A stretch of DNA of 64,000 nt from Ylistrum balloti (taxonomy: Eukaryota): assembly GCF_031769215.1 (NCBI RefSeq), contig NW_026782992.1:124001-188000 (forward strand), written 5' to 3'. The notes under the pieces were generated by a model, which was given only the letters and a program-made list of their open reading frames with translations, did not search any database and was not told the DNA's origin. Numbering within the stretch: the stretch's first letter is position 1; each line of letters starts with the position of its first letter. The position numbers were made by a program, and so were the translations under genes. This document shows positions 1 through 13,130 of the stretch, one piece after another.

Positions 1-1173
1 CTGAATACGGAAAGATATAATATATTAAATAAATAAGATAATTATTTATCTATTCTAAGAACTTCTCATTTCTTCTTAAGAAAATCAAACAAAAGATAAA
101 GATTGTGAATTTATCGAGTAAGAACAAATAAATTATTAACAAATCGAGAATATGTATATATGAACTTAGAACTGACTCGTCATATGTGATATACAAAATG
201 ATCCCGGATAACGATTTTTTCCTTAAACGTAATGTAGTTGATAAACTTGAATATTATATCGCAATTTTCGAAACAAGTTGATATAAAGAACATATAAAAA
301 ATTTAATTTTACCTCGATCATGCATAGAACTTGTCAAACAGGCGATGTCAGGTCCTGTTACAGAAGTCGGCTCTCAGGAATGAATGTTTCTTATTTTCAT
401 TATGTAAGTAAGAAAATTGAGTTGATTAAATTTAATTTTTATGTCTGGTAGCCCGTAAACAATGTGTCACTGCCTATGTAGCATTGCGATGCGCATTTTG
501 AGTTAATTTTCAGAACCTGGGTGATAGAACGTTTCAACGAGTGGTAGGTACTAGACAGTAAATCCCTTTACAATGATTTAAACATGCGTTTCTTTGTTAA
601 CGACAAAACATTAATTGTGTATGTTACACCGTTTCGTGGTATAGAATAACGATGAATCTCGAAGGTGCACGGAACATTCTGAACTCCTCCGTGTCAGTGA
701 CATTCACTTCCCTTTGTGTGCATAACACCCCTTTCTCCTCCGTGTATGGAATATTCCCTCCTAACAGGGCACGGCACATTCGGAACTCTAACGTGTACGT
801 CAAACTCCCTATCCTCCGTGTAATGAACTCATTGGTATCAGAAGATTTCAAATCATTTCTTGCTCTTTCGTATCCCCGTTATTGTAAAACTTGGATAAAA
901 GTACATCCTTGGAGAAAGAGGAATTCTGACAATTTTAGGGACGACCCAATATGTCTCGTCCCCATGATCCCTTGCAACTTAATTCCCTCACGAATAATTT
1001 GAGTTACTGGAGCCACATCCACTGTCCATCATTTCAAACTCCGAACAGACCATCAGTGATTGTATGTAACCATACTGATGTACATAGACTGTCAAACACT
1101 ACCAACATATATAGACTAACTGAGCACATCCCGCCCCTTCCAGACAATTATGTACAGACACTGTGGTAACCCC

Positions 1174-1174
<1 letters not shown>

Positions 1175-1205
<31 letters not shown>
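1175..1205. repeat. Poly-C tract of about 30 nt
   Basis: Direct inspection. Confidence 0.9.
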
Positions 1206-1207
<2 letters not shown>

Positions 1208-1720
1208 ACGTGCATTACAAACTAAGAACATCCCAACCCCTCCCCGTTCCTCCCGAGCATTACACCAGATTTTCATCTGTCCGATTCCGATGCGCTATCG
1301 TTTCAAGTACAAACAATAGTATGAAATTAACCAGAACGGACGGGAAAAGATTGTGGTCACCAGAAAAATGAGACGCTAATCACATATTATCATAAAAAGA
1401 CACACAAGTATTCTTCAATTCCAATTCAGCAGTGAAATAAATACAATACAATATGGCAAATACTTACTAAAACTGCATCATACAACAGTTTCGTCTTTCT
1501 AAGTATAGTTCCACGTCAACACAGATAACCCATGTTTTTGAATTGAATGTACCGTTGCCTTGAAACGTACGTATGTAAACCGTAAATTGTTTCAAATTGG
1601 TTGTGAGCTGTGAGTGCGTTTAAATAATACACATCAAACGGTGAGCATAACAAGAGATATTCGTATCATACCAATCAATTCATTTTTCTGCAAGAAAACT
1701 CAATTTGAAATAGAACTTAC

Positions 1721-1825
1721 CTCACCTTGTACAGACACCCAGCTGTCTAAAACCCGGATATGCTCCGTCTCCTCTCAGACATGCGCCGTACTAGATAACC
1801 TCCAAATTTACTTTCCGGTCTAGTG
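1721..1825 (-). other. Candidate non-coding first exon of a minus-strand gene that leaves the window to the left
   Basis: Strong donor GAG|GTAAGT at 1720 (alternative AAG|GTGAG 5 nt earlier). CCGGAA and CACGTG lie at the 5' edge. A pyrimidine-rich ...ttccgtattcag acceptor sits at positions 1-2. Confidence 0.4.
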
Positions 1826-1975
1826 ATAATCACGTGACATTGTAAACACAGACGTCTATGTTATAATTGGTATATCTTTCTTTTACTCCAAAATTCAGTT
1901 TTTAAAGGTCCCGTGTACTTCTAGAGTGGACCGATGTCACGCAAGCCTTTGGAGTCAGTTCGGGTCATAGATCTT
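1826..1975. promoter_or_regulatory. Candidate bidirectional promoter
   Basis: Lies between two divergent exon candidates; contains the E-box aatCACGTGac at 1831. Confidence 0.3.
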
Positions 1976-1994
1976 GCCTTTTTTCAACGAAGCG

Positions 1995-2023
1995 ATGGTG
2001 AAAATCCCTACAAAACAAAGACG
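1995..2023 (+). CDS. Candidate first coding exon (MVKIPTKQR-R) of an unidentified + strand gene
   Basis: Preceded by a TOP/TCT-like cttgccttttttc tract and followed by donor CG|gtgagt. Downstream exons not identified. Confidence 0.35.
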
Positions 2024-3227
2024 GTGAGTTAGAGAAATGGTCTTACTGTAACAGAACTTTATAGTACGTGACTGCAGCTTAAGCAACGTTTTTATCTCAT
2101 CCTATATTTGGAGAATGGCGTTGGCAGATTTCCAGAAACAAAGGCTACTTTTATCACCAACTTCTCGTCCATGCGACTCCAAAGTTGTTACACCAGAAAC
2201 CGGCCGTCAAACATTACAGTAGATTACAAACAAATAAAGGGTTAACGTTGGCCCCAGACACTTAGCGAGGAGACAAACAAGAACCAATTATAACGGGTTG
2301 TTGCCCCTTACGGCCCCGTGCCACACCCAGCTTTAAAGCAATGCTTGGCCAATGCCAGCCTCACTTCCATTAAGCCTTGCAGTACTATGGATTGTAGATT
2401 TAGTGGCCTGTAGCCGTGAAGTGTGTCGAATTGTCTCCGATTTCGTACACTTTCGAGACAAGCAGTATAAGGCCGAGCATTATGTGACGTCACGATATAG
2501 CAAGATACCCACCTGTCCAATGAAAGGACAGACATACATACGCGTTACCATGGTTTCGCGATGTAAAACTAAATGATATCTTTTCTAGATGAGATAAAAT
2601 CATGCATAGAATATTGAACGGCTCATACATCCCCAGACTTCATTTATTCAGAGCAAATTATCTCTAATTATTTGAGGTATACCATAAAACCTTTCGCGTC
2701 GTTCTCAATGCTAGAACATATCTCGGTGGCGACAAAAAGAAAAAAATTTGGACGGCAAAGTGTGAAAATGATATTTCTAGAATAACAATGCTGTGAAACT
2801 TCGTTCCTATTTAAACGGAACGGTATTTTTATTGAGAAGCTTTATACGTTCTAATGATAACGCTTTACACATATTAATTACAGTTGTAATATGAAAATTT
2901 ACACGGTTTCGCAAGAAACTTGTTTCACTAAGAAATTTTCCGTACTTTACAACGAAACTTCACACGTTTATCATAAAATTTTACACCTGTCAATGGGGTT
3001 TTAATGATTTTCAAAGGTTTTTAATTAAAAAAACCGATGTGTTATTAAGTTTTTGACTTTTTATACGCGTGTTTTACACGCTTTTTTTACTAGACTTTAA
3101 GACGTTCAAGTCATGCCCTGTTACCAGGTGGTAATATTCAGTCGATATGAATACTATTTTAGAGACTATAATGAGTTCTGGTCACAATTTAATGTTTGCA
3201 TTTACATTCACGTATTATTTTCTTAAT

Positions 3228-3440
3228 ATGAAACAAAGTTTTCCCAACTTATATTAATCACTCTTGTTGGCTCGGATGGAAGTGCGTGTGGGGTCTTAAT
3301 GTGGTAGGAAACTGGAGTTCCCTGGAAAACCCACGTGGTCGGGCAGGTGACCCAATACCTCTTCACATCCTCTCCCGGAACTGAACCCCGAACTCTGGTG
3401 AAAGGCGAGTGCGTTACAACTGCGTCACCGCGCCACCCGA
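3228..3440 (-). mobile_element. tRNA-derived SINE (Meta/V-domain-like central region)
   Basis: Minus strand has an A-box-like GGTGGCGCGGTGACGCAGTTG, a B-box GGTTCAGTTCC, then GTGGGTTTTCCAGGGAACTCCAGTTTCC, the conserved core of several metazoan SINE superfamilies. A homologous copy lies at 50800-50986. Confidence 0.8.
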
Positions 3441-3803
3441 CTACCCTATAAAGACTATAAAAAGACTCTTTTATTGAGCATTGAAATACAATACAATAAA
3501 GAAGTGATGTGACTCAATAAGATTTGACAGAGAGATGTGTGTGGTGTTTGTAACGTGTATTTTATGAATTTCTATCAGAATAGCCATGACATTTATCAGC
3601 CAATAAGTGACAACAATTTGTACATTTAACGGACTGTCAGATCGCTTTCTGGCACTGTAGCAGACGACGTTGACAAACTCGGTGATATTTTATGCTGCGA
3701 TGCTGATCAAGATTATGTGAAAAGTTATGTCACAACTTTATTTTGCTCTGTCATCACTTGTACATTCGTAAAGCTTCGGATATGTCAGTATGGTATATTG
3801 ATA

Positions 3804-3829
3804 CCGGAAGTGACAGGCGGCCATTTTGG
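3804..3829 (+). promoter_or_regulatory. ETS plus YY1 motif pair
   Basis: CCGGAAGTG-acag-GCGGCCATTTTGG, typical of housekeeping promoters and of TE-internal promoters. Confidence 0.35.
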
Positions 3830-5544
3830 ATAACTTGAGAGAAATCTAGCTGTTGTAGTAAGATCTTAATTTACAACAACTGGTTATCCTAATGACATAT
3901 CGGCCAATGCATCACAGAATATAAATATAATTATACATTAAAGAAATCCTTAAACGTATGGTTGTACGTTATCAAACATTTGTTCACGCACATTCTTCTA
4001 CATCTGATACTGTTATAAACTGTGGACATAAAATCCATTGAAATAGTCATTATATATTATACACATAATTTCTTGTTATGATGCATGTCGTAACTTCATA
4101 GTTAAATGATACTAAACGCATATTTTTCAGTATACGATATACCCAGCCTCCAAAATCTACATTGTGAATGACGTTGTCACCTCGCTGGGACAACAGTTCT
4201 TCACTCTCCCGTTATATCTATTAAAGTTATGGATATAATATCGTAATACTAACATACAAATATTTTTGCACCTAAACTGAACCCGACAGTCATGTAACAA
4301 CACAGGATCGGGTGGTTCACTCGACTCAAGATTGTATACGCTATAAAATTCATCGCCTCTGTCAGTGGCTCGCTAACAGTTTGTGTCCTTCGGGGCATAC
4401 TGCATCTAACGAATAACGATCTTGAATGTATTTCAACAGGTAAAAACGTAACAATAATTCATTAAAAATAGAAAGGAAACAAACAAAAAAAAACTAGATC
4501 CTGTTTCACGTTTGCAAGTTTCGACCTGTAATGGAAATTTAAAAAAACATGTTAGGTTAGTCCTATCTGTACCCGGTGGCATATGAGGTTGGGCCAATAT
4601 TGGCAATGCAATTGTACGGGTACTCCTAGATATTGATTGGCGTTCGATCTGCAAGGCATTAAACATGCTGCAGCAGTGAGCATTGCCTAGTCACTATCGG
4701 CACATGACGTCATCAATCCATAGTAAGTTATCAATCATATTAAGTGGCAAATTTAATTAAGTTGAAGAAAACTTCAATACATATAAATAGAAGTATCCCT
4801 GATCATTTAGACCTCTACATACCGACCATCCCATAAAATGTGAAGACTTAAGAGAACAACGGGGTACCCGACGGGGGACACCTGTTTCAAACGCTATTTC
4901 CGGTACACATGCAATTTGCATAAAGGAGAGAAGAAATGAGTCAGAAATATATAAAAAAAAAAAAAAAAGATGAGAACCGCGTATCTTAATTAGCCCCAAC
5001 CACAATGCTAGGACGCACGGGACGATACATATTCATTGAGCTGAACATTTGTGAATGAATGTTCCTGTGGTTATTGGAGGCAGGATTGATTATCTTGGTA
5101 TTACAATCATCAAACGAAAGTAATAAAGGTATCTGTTGTATAGAAGTTTACCCGGCGAACAGGCCCACACAAAAGCGCATCTGTTGGTGCGATTTGCTGG
5201 ACTCAACGACCTCTTGTATTGTTTTTGGTAAAAGAGCAGTGAACTCTCCTGGTGGATCCTTGTGATACAGTGGGAGACCTTTATATATAGGCACACCACA
5301 CTACCACAGTGTTGTTCCATCAGTAGAATGTTTCTTGTCTCACTTTTACATACAAAGTATTAAATTTTATATGAAGCAAACTGAAACCAAACTGTTTATT
5401 TTGGTATTTAATCAAATTAGTATATAACATTATTACGAAAATCGTCCATCAAACATGTTTTTAAATGAAAAACGGGTGAGTCTCTCTGTATCACAAAACT
5501 TCTGCTAAAAGACTACTTATCATATGTAACGACCTTACTTTATA

Positions 5545-5915
5545 ACGCTCAACTCTATAACGACTGTCCTGTAAACCGTCTCTACTCTATAATGACTGTC
5601 CTATATACCGTCTCTACTCTATAACGACTGTCCTGTATACCGTCTCTACTTTATAACGACTGTCCTGTATACCGTCTCTATAACGACTGTCCTGTATGCC
5701 GTCTCTACTCTATAACGACTGTCCTGTATACCGTCTCTACTCTATAACGACTGTCCTGTATACCGTCTCTATAACGACTGTCCTGAATATTGACCATTTT
5801 CTATAATGCTTGTCCTGTATACCGTCTCTACTCTATAACGACTGTCCTGAATACCGTTTCTACTCTATAACGACTGTAATGTATATTTACCATTCTCTAT
5901 AACGCCTGTCCTGTA
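5545..5915. repeat. Minisatellite, 32-bp unit ctctactctataacgactgtcctgtataccgt with 25-bp variants
   Basis: Direct inspection, about 12 copies. Confidence 0.9.
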
Positions 5916-8900
5916 TTACGACTCTCGTGTGTAAAATTTCACTGTGAATTATTCGCGCGTTTTCAGTCCTAATCAATCTCAATTTCCCAAAGTAGAATAC
6001 AACTGAATCACTTACTATAGCTAATATTTATGTGCATTCTATTTGTGACATAAATAATCAGACATGTCTACAAAATTTGACAGGTGGTGCACGGGGATAA
6101 CATACGCCCAATCAAGGACGTCGATAGAAAAACGTGTCTCCAATGAAATCTGAGATAACAGTTCTAGTCTCGTGACCACCCACCACCGTCTGGTCCAGCC
6201 CTTCGCCATATTGCATGCGCTTCGTTACCGTTTGGTTGTTATTATGAGACCTTAACGATTTAATGCATGCACGCATACATGAACAATTACCGCCAGTTGC
6301 GAACAGACATATCAATTATGATGTAACTCGATAACAGTGAAAATTGCGAAGTTGAAAGAGTGGTACATTCCTGATGTAATCCTATACTGTTAGAATTTAT
6401 TGTTTTTCCATTACTAGACCGGGTTAGCATAAGTTTATTGGTAGTAATGTCCAATGCTCAGTAATGCGGAATATTTGTCACAGGAAAAAACTTGCGATCT
6501 TACGTAACAGTTATTACAAACGCAACATCAAGGGATATTACTTATGCCCCAGTTCATGTTGCAATTGGTTACATCTGAACAAAAATCGGCTCAATCTGTC
6601 AGGACGAGTTGGGCTATCTATTTACAGTATCCCTTCAAGTGTGGAACAAATACTGAGTGAAGCAAATTTAGATTTTGGAGTAATTTTCATTACTTTACAA
6701 AAGTAAAAGTGAAAATTATATCCGTTCTCGAACTTCATCGGTTGCCTAGCAGGCCTCGGACCACAAATATACTTCCGGGTCATCGTACACGAGTATAGGC
6801 CAAGAGGAAATTTAGCAAAAAGGTTTTTTTTTTTAGACTTATCTATGACAGATATAAACTTATTTCTATTTTCATAGAAATAAAATTAACGTACAACAGC
6901 TGATCTAGTGGTGAACTTTTTTGGACGAAGTTTGCACATTTATTGTATGGAAGGACACAATGTGTGGTGCAGTGTATTTGTTGATCGTGTGTAGTTTACC
7001 GCACTTTCGTATAACTCAATAGTGTATTGAAATTCAAATGAAAATATCTTTCTTAAATGTTGGCCATCAGATACTTTCCAACTCCATTCAGTTTGAATAA
7101 ATCTCCAAATTAGACCTTGTGCGAAATTTTACAATGTCTTAATTTTCGTTGTGCTGTCAGCTTACCGTTATACCACTTGCCGATAGTGAAACTAAGTAAG
7201 CGAGAATGGCGATATTGACTATGTCCAAACTTACGTCATGAAGCAAGTGATGACATTCTGAATATGTTCTTAGTGTCTAGAACTTTATTCTGAAAGCGTA
7301 CTCACTGTGGTTTTGTAGTGAGGACGTAAATTCCGAAAAATACAAAAGATCAACGTATTATTCAAGGGGCATAACTCCCCAGAAAATCAGCGTGATCAGT
7401 GACATGAAAAGACAATACGAGAAATTGCTCATAATTGTGTACATATCAATATAAGCTGTTTAAGCACAAGAAATCGCCGAATTAAACAAAGAAATTTCAA
7501 TAGCATTATTTCTGGGATTACTTAATTTTCGTTTTTAAAAAATCGTCATTTTGTCAGCAGTCTTTGTTACATATTAACATAAGGTACTGGCACACGGATG
7601 AGTATTGCTAACCTGATAACACAGAATTCACATGGTTTTACTGATGCTGATCTGTGCACTAGTATTTAGATAATTACAGACTTGTAACATTAGCTGTATA
7701 TCAACAAAGGCTGCTGACCTTGTGTATGTTAATACCTGATTGCTTATCTTATCATACCCTAGGGATCGTGTACATGTTTATTTCAAACTATGTATTCGTA
7801 TTTCAAACTAAATTACTTTATGAAAAACTTTGCTAAAATAATTTATGATTGTTCAATAGGCAGTGTTGTACAATACAACATTACGTGTATATGTCCTAGT
7901 CGATATAAAGGCCAGGATATGGTCAAACCATTTATATACATACATACATACTTATCTAGCTTACGTATGAGTGTTTACCTCATGATTTATCCAAAACTCG
8001 CTTGATGCAAATTGACAAATTGTGGTCATAAATATGCACCTTAATAGACAAAATACGTATTTAGGAAAGCATGAACCATCGGCATTATTTAGTATGGTAT
8101 TTCTTGTTACCAAAATTAAAGTAATCTTGATTTAACCAAAATAATTAATTGGAAATCTACATGAGCAACGCTGTAATTAATGAGTTGTAAGAAGTGAATT
8201 TTTACATACCCGTCTCACGGTTAAAGAGAACGACCCGTTGCACGTGTATGTACAATCACGATCCTCTCTCCTTCTCATTATAGCTGTTGGCAGTGTTCTG
8301 TGGGTTTAAATACATGTATCATTGCCGAGAATTGGTATGAAAATGACTTTTGGAAGCAGATTGAAGGTTAATATTGTTCTGTGATAGGGCCGTAGCTGGC
8401 ACCAACATCTCGTGCAAAAACAGGAAGTTTGACGTCACAATGGAATGGGACAGGTGTCAGGTTCGCGGGATGGTGTTCACCGCCTTAACGTTTGCGGTAT
8501 TTTCGTCGCCTCGTTTAGCAGACCTCCGTCATCGACAATTACGACAGGCATCGTTAACTTCTCCACCCGTTAATATTATAATAGTCTTCGGAGCATTTCA
8601 TCGTTTTATGAGGGTATTGTGTAAACCAAAAATCACAATATTTTCCTTTAAATGTCCTATTGTCATAGTCTTTTTTTCGGACGACCAACAGATTAAAATT
8701 CAAAGTAAACGCTAAATTTCAATCCTAAATATAAGATATTTTTTAATAAAATTTTCAAAATGTGCTTTTTGTAATCACATGTTTCTCAATTGACAAAGAC
8801 GTCAGTCACCGAATTTTCAATCCAGACATTTCAATATGTTCGTTTAATTCTATATACAGTCAGATGTGAGTGTTGTTTTAATACAAGCACCAGCAAGTAC

Positions 8901-9265
8901 GTGGAAATACGGATGAAAATGTGAAAACTTTTGTTTGAAGACAAAAGACCCGACTTTTCACGCATCAGTACAATTCTTCAGTAGTAAATAATACTATCAC
9001 CGACATTCTTATTTGCAAGCTACAAAGACTCAATACGAGCTAATGCCTACCGCTTTACACACCCCTAATCTTTTATTTCAATAAATTTCAAAATCCCTGT
9101 TAAGCCATTTCGTCTACCATGTTTTTCAAAACAATTTAAATGTACAATACCAATGAAATACCAGAATTGTTCTGAAACCCCTCGGGGAGTGTAATGGCGA
9201 GTAAACATGTCTCTTTATCATATAGATTATACACAAACCCTACATTGAACTAAATATTCCTCCAG

Positions 9266-9326
9266 ATCCGAAAAACCGCAGCAAAGGCCCTGAACTCTGT
9301 ATGGCACTTAGAGACAAGTGCAGCTG
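9266..9326 (+). CDS. Orphan candidate exon (IRKTAAKALNSVWHLETSAA or DPKNRSKGPELCMALRDKCS)
   Basis: Good acceptor tattcctccag| and donor TG|gtgagt. Two frames are open; product not recognised. Confidence 0.3.
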
Positions 9327-9667
9327 GTGAGTTGCGGTTAAGGGGAGCTGCGGTCGCGTACCTAGAAGAGTTCCATGGACAATGGCGTACCCAGTGAACC
9401 CGTGAACAAATTATAAAGTAACGGTTGAAATTTTAATATTTTTTAAAGTGCGTTTTAAAGTGTTTTTTTTATTTCAAAGTTACTTTACAAGTTACCTTTG
9501 TAATCAGCTGTTTAACTTTCCTATATCATTGCCGGTAAAAATAGACTGCTAAAAGTACATGACAGAACAGAGCATGCCTCTTGTTTTCTATAGCACGTTT
9601 TTCTCTTACAGTAATGAAATCACCTCCATAATTTTGTGTTACTATTGATATTTATTGATGTTAGAAC

Positions 9668-10065
9668 TAATCCTAGGAACATATCACGAACTTATGACGC
9701 AATTCTAGCAAGGTATCATCAACTTGTGACGTAATCCTAGGAATATATCACCAACTTATGACGTAAGTCTAGCAAGGCATCATAAACTTGTGACCTAATC
9801 CTAGGAATATATCACCAACTTATGACGTAATCCTAGCAATATATCACAAACTTATGACGTAATCCTAGCAATGTATCACCAACTTATGACGTAATTCTAG
9901 CAATATACCACAAACTTATGACGTAATTCTAGCAAAGTATCATCAACTTGTGACGTAATCCTAGCAACATATCATCAACTTGTGACGTAATCCTAACACT
10001 ATATCACAAACTTATGACGTAATCCTTGCTACATAACGCCAACTTGTGACGTAATTCCAGCTCCA
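9668..10065. repeat. Minisatellite, 32-bp unit aacttatgacgtaatcctagcaatatatcacc
   Basis: About 12 copies; same family as 10900-11345. Confidence 0.95.
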
Positions 10066-10899
10066 ACACTAACTCCTGTACGTTTTTAAACTATCTTAAT
10101 ACATTGTATGTAATTAAGTGTACTTATAAATGGGACTCCGTATTAACCATACATCTTCAAAATTAGGAATACCGTGCAAAAATATTTCTTTATGACTCTT
10201 AGAAAGAGTCCAATATGTTATCGAGATATATTGTAACACAAATGTCAGCATGAATCGGTCATAATACATCTGCATTTTTGTCGCATTTAAGAGGTTTTCT
10301 GTCTAGCCACACCAGCTGCACTTTCATCTGTCATGGGAGATACAACTGAAGTTAAAAGTACGCCGAAAGAACTTGAACAGTTTAACAATTAATGTCCCAC
10401 AGCAGTTTTAATTGAGACAGGTAGTGGTCGATAGCAATCATGCGTAGATGAATGACATGCAGTCAGCTGATCACTGAAACAGACCTGTAAACATTTTTAC
10501 TCATTCCGTACAGCGCAGTATATAGGTAAACAAAGAGAGTTGGTGGAGTACACTTCGAACACTGTCGTTATTTGAGAGGGAGGGCGACATTACCTAACAT
10601 CGTTTTAGCCAACCACGTAGCCAAGTTTATCAAGTTTCGAATTACGGAACATACCAGTTAATAACATGTATTGATATTATATATATATACATATTTCCGG
10701 TTGCCAACAGAGGGGTTTAGGAACGTCAAGCATCACTTTCACTTAAGAGTCTAAATATATCTAATTAATTACCATGATGAAATATGTATGTATTTTGATA
10801 TACAGCGGCGCCATTCATCTAACCACACAAACAATACATTATTTTCACATGCAGTCAAATATAGAATCAAAGCAACATGGTGTAGTTGTAATACAATCT

Positions 10900-11345
10900 T
10901 AGCATCATATCACTTATCTATGACGTAATCGTAGCAACATATCACCTATTTGTGACGTAATACTACCAACATATCACCTATCTGCGACGTAATCGTAGCA
11001 ACATATCACCAATCTGTGACGTAATCTCAGCAACATATTACCTATCTGCGACGTAATCGTAGCAACATATCACCGATCTGTGACGTAATCTCAGCAACAC
11101 ATCACCTATCTGTGACGTAATCTTAGCATCATATAACCTATTTATGACGTAGTCGTAGCAACATATCACCTATTTGTGACGTAATCTCAGCAACCCATCA
11201 CCCATCAATAACGTAGTCTTAGCAACAAATCACCTATCTGTGATGGAATCCCAGCTCCATCTTTCTAACTTGTGACGTCATCCTTGCAACATATCACCAC
11301 CTTGTGACGTAATCTTTGCAACATATTACCAACATATGGTGTAAT
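10900..11345. repeat. Minisatellite, 32-bp unit tatctgtgacgtaatcttagcaacatatcacc
   Basis: About 14 copies. Confidence 0.95.
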
Positions 11346-11699
11346 CCATGCATAATTACATTTTGGTCACTGTTAAAAAGTCGTTTTAATGACAGCCATT
11401 GTAGAACAGTCCCTGCAATACGTACTCTTATCGTACAAGGTCGATAACCAGCTCTAGACCGCTTTGCTGAAAGTCGGTCAGAAAAACAGTTCTTGATTTA
11501 ATATGGTGTTTGTGACATGCTGCTCGAAAAAAAAAACAAAACAAAAATAAGGAAAGAACTGTTTTCAAAATGCCAATTACTCCTGATTAAGCTGAAGAGA
11601 AAGTAGCTGACAACTAAAGGGCTACGGGGCAGTGGTAAAGTTAAAGAGCACATGGTATTGGTATGTGTTACAGAGCAAAAGTTATTGGGTACAACTAAG

Positions 11700-12345
11700 G
11701 TACAGGGCGTGGATACACGTTACTGAATAGAGGGTACGGGTATGGGCACAGGCTTCTGAGTACTGGATACATGTACACGTTACTGAGTAGCGGGTACGTG
11801 TACAAGTTACGGAACACAGGGTATGGGCGTTAGTTACGGAACACAGGGTATGGGCATTAGTTACGGAACACAGGGTATGGGTATAAGTTACGGAACACAT
11901 GGTATGGGTACAAGTTATGGAGTACAGGGTATGGACACAAGTTACGGAACACAGGGTGTGGGCATAAGTTACGGAACAAAGGGTATGGGCATAAGTTACG
12001 GAACACAGGGTATGGACATAAGTTACGGAAGACAGGGTGTGGGCATAAGTTACGGAACACAGGGTATGGGTATGAATTAAGGAACACAGGGTATGGACAT
12101 AAGTTACGGAACATAGGGTGTGGGCATAAGTTACGGAACACAGGGTATGGGTATAAGTTACGGAACACAGGGTATGGGTATAAGTTACGGAACACAGGGT
12201 ATGGGTACAAGTTATGGAGTACAGGGTATGGACACAAGTTACGGAACACAGGGTGTGGACATAACTTACGGAACACGGGGTATGGACATAAGATACGGAG
12301 TATTGAATACAAGTACACGTTACGGAGTAGTGGGTATGATTTCAA
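11700..12345. repeat. Minisatellite, 27-bp unit agttacggaacacagggtatgggcata
   Basis: More than 20 copies with degenerate edges; produces 9-aa repeat ORFs on both strands. Confidence 0.95.
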
Positions 12346-12659
12346 GGTAGGGATAACAGGTTATGTATAAAGTTACAGAGAACAAGGTACGGATTACAGG
12401 TTATGTATAAAGTTACAGAGAACAAGGTAAGGATAACAGAGTACATTTCACAGAATTTATGTTACAGGTTACAGACAAATGGATACGATGCATCAAGTAC
12501 GGTTTACGTTGTACAGAGGTTAAATTAAGAAATATAGTGTATTAATACTGGTTAGGTTTATTGATATTATATAAATAACAGGTCACAGAGTGCACGTTTA
12601 CGGTACAAATATATTAAACATGGTGCAGTGCACAAAGTACTGAGGACAAGGAATTGGAA

Positions 12660-13130
12660 TACAAGTTGAATACAACAGAACAGGGTATTGAGTACAGAAC
12701 AGGGTACTAAGTACAGGGTATTGAGTACAGAACTGGGTATTGAGCAGAGAACAGGGTACTGAGTACAGTACAGGGTACTGAGTACAAGGTATTGAGTACA
12801 GAACAGGGTATTGAGTACAGGGTACCGAGTACAGAACAAGGCACTGAGTACAGGGTATTGAGTAGAGAACAGGGTACTGAGTACAGGGTACCGAGTACAG
12901 AACCAGGCACTGAGTACAGGGTATTGAGTACAGAACAGGGTACTTGGTACAGTACAGGGTACTGAGTACAGGGTATGGGAAACAGAGAACGGAGTATCTG
13001 ATACAAAGAACAGGTACAATGAGTACAGGGTACTGAGCACATAGTATTGAGTACAGGGCATTTAGTACAGGGCATTGGGTGCAATGTACAGAGTATAGGG
13101 TATAGTACACAGAGAACTGGTACCGGATTA
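12660..13130. repeat. Modular repeat built from gagtacagggtact and gagtacagaacagggta blocks
   Basis: Short modules in irregular order; related in composition to the adjacent 27-bp array. Confidence 0.9.

Noticed and set aside
342-543. Two small + strand exon candidates (342-403 and 514-543) joinable as DVRSCYRSRLSGMNVSYFHY-NLGDRTFQRV
   Set aside because: The peptide is unrecognisable, the first acceptor is weak, and no compatible continuation was found.
2308-2535. HNARPYTA resembling the mariner DNARPH motif
   Set aside because: It lacks the catalytic Asp and the surrounding transposase motifs (SPDL), and there are no TIRs.
9668-11345. CRISPR-like regular spacing (also at 52450-54605 and 43560-44525)
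   Set aside because: Units are head-to-tail with no unique spacers, there are no cas genes, and the context is eukaryotic.
11823-12350. Gly/Tyr-rich SYGTQGMGI ORFs resembling shell-matrix proteins
   Set aside because: The frame is broken by TAA (12078) and TAG (about 12114) and by an upstream TGA. There is no signal peptide; these are by-products of a 27-bp unit.
11857-13110. Minus-strand repeat ORFs of 125-170 aa (YPYPVFRNL, CTQYPVL)
   Set aside because: Several overlapping frames are open only because the repeat lacks stop codons; no splice or start context.
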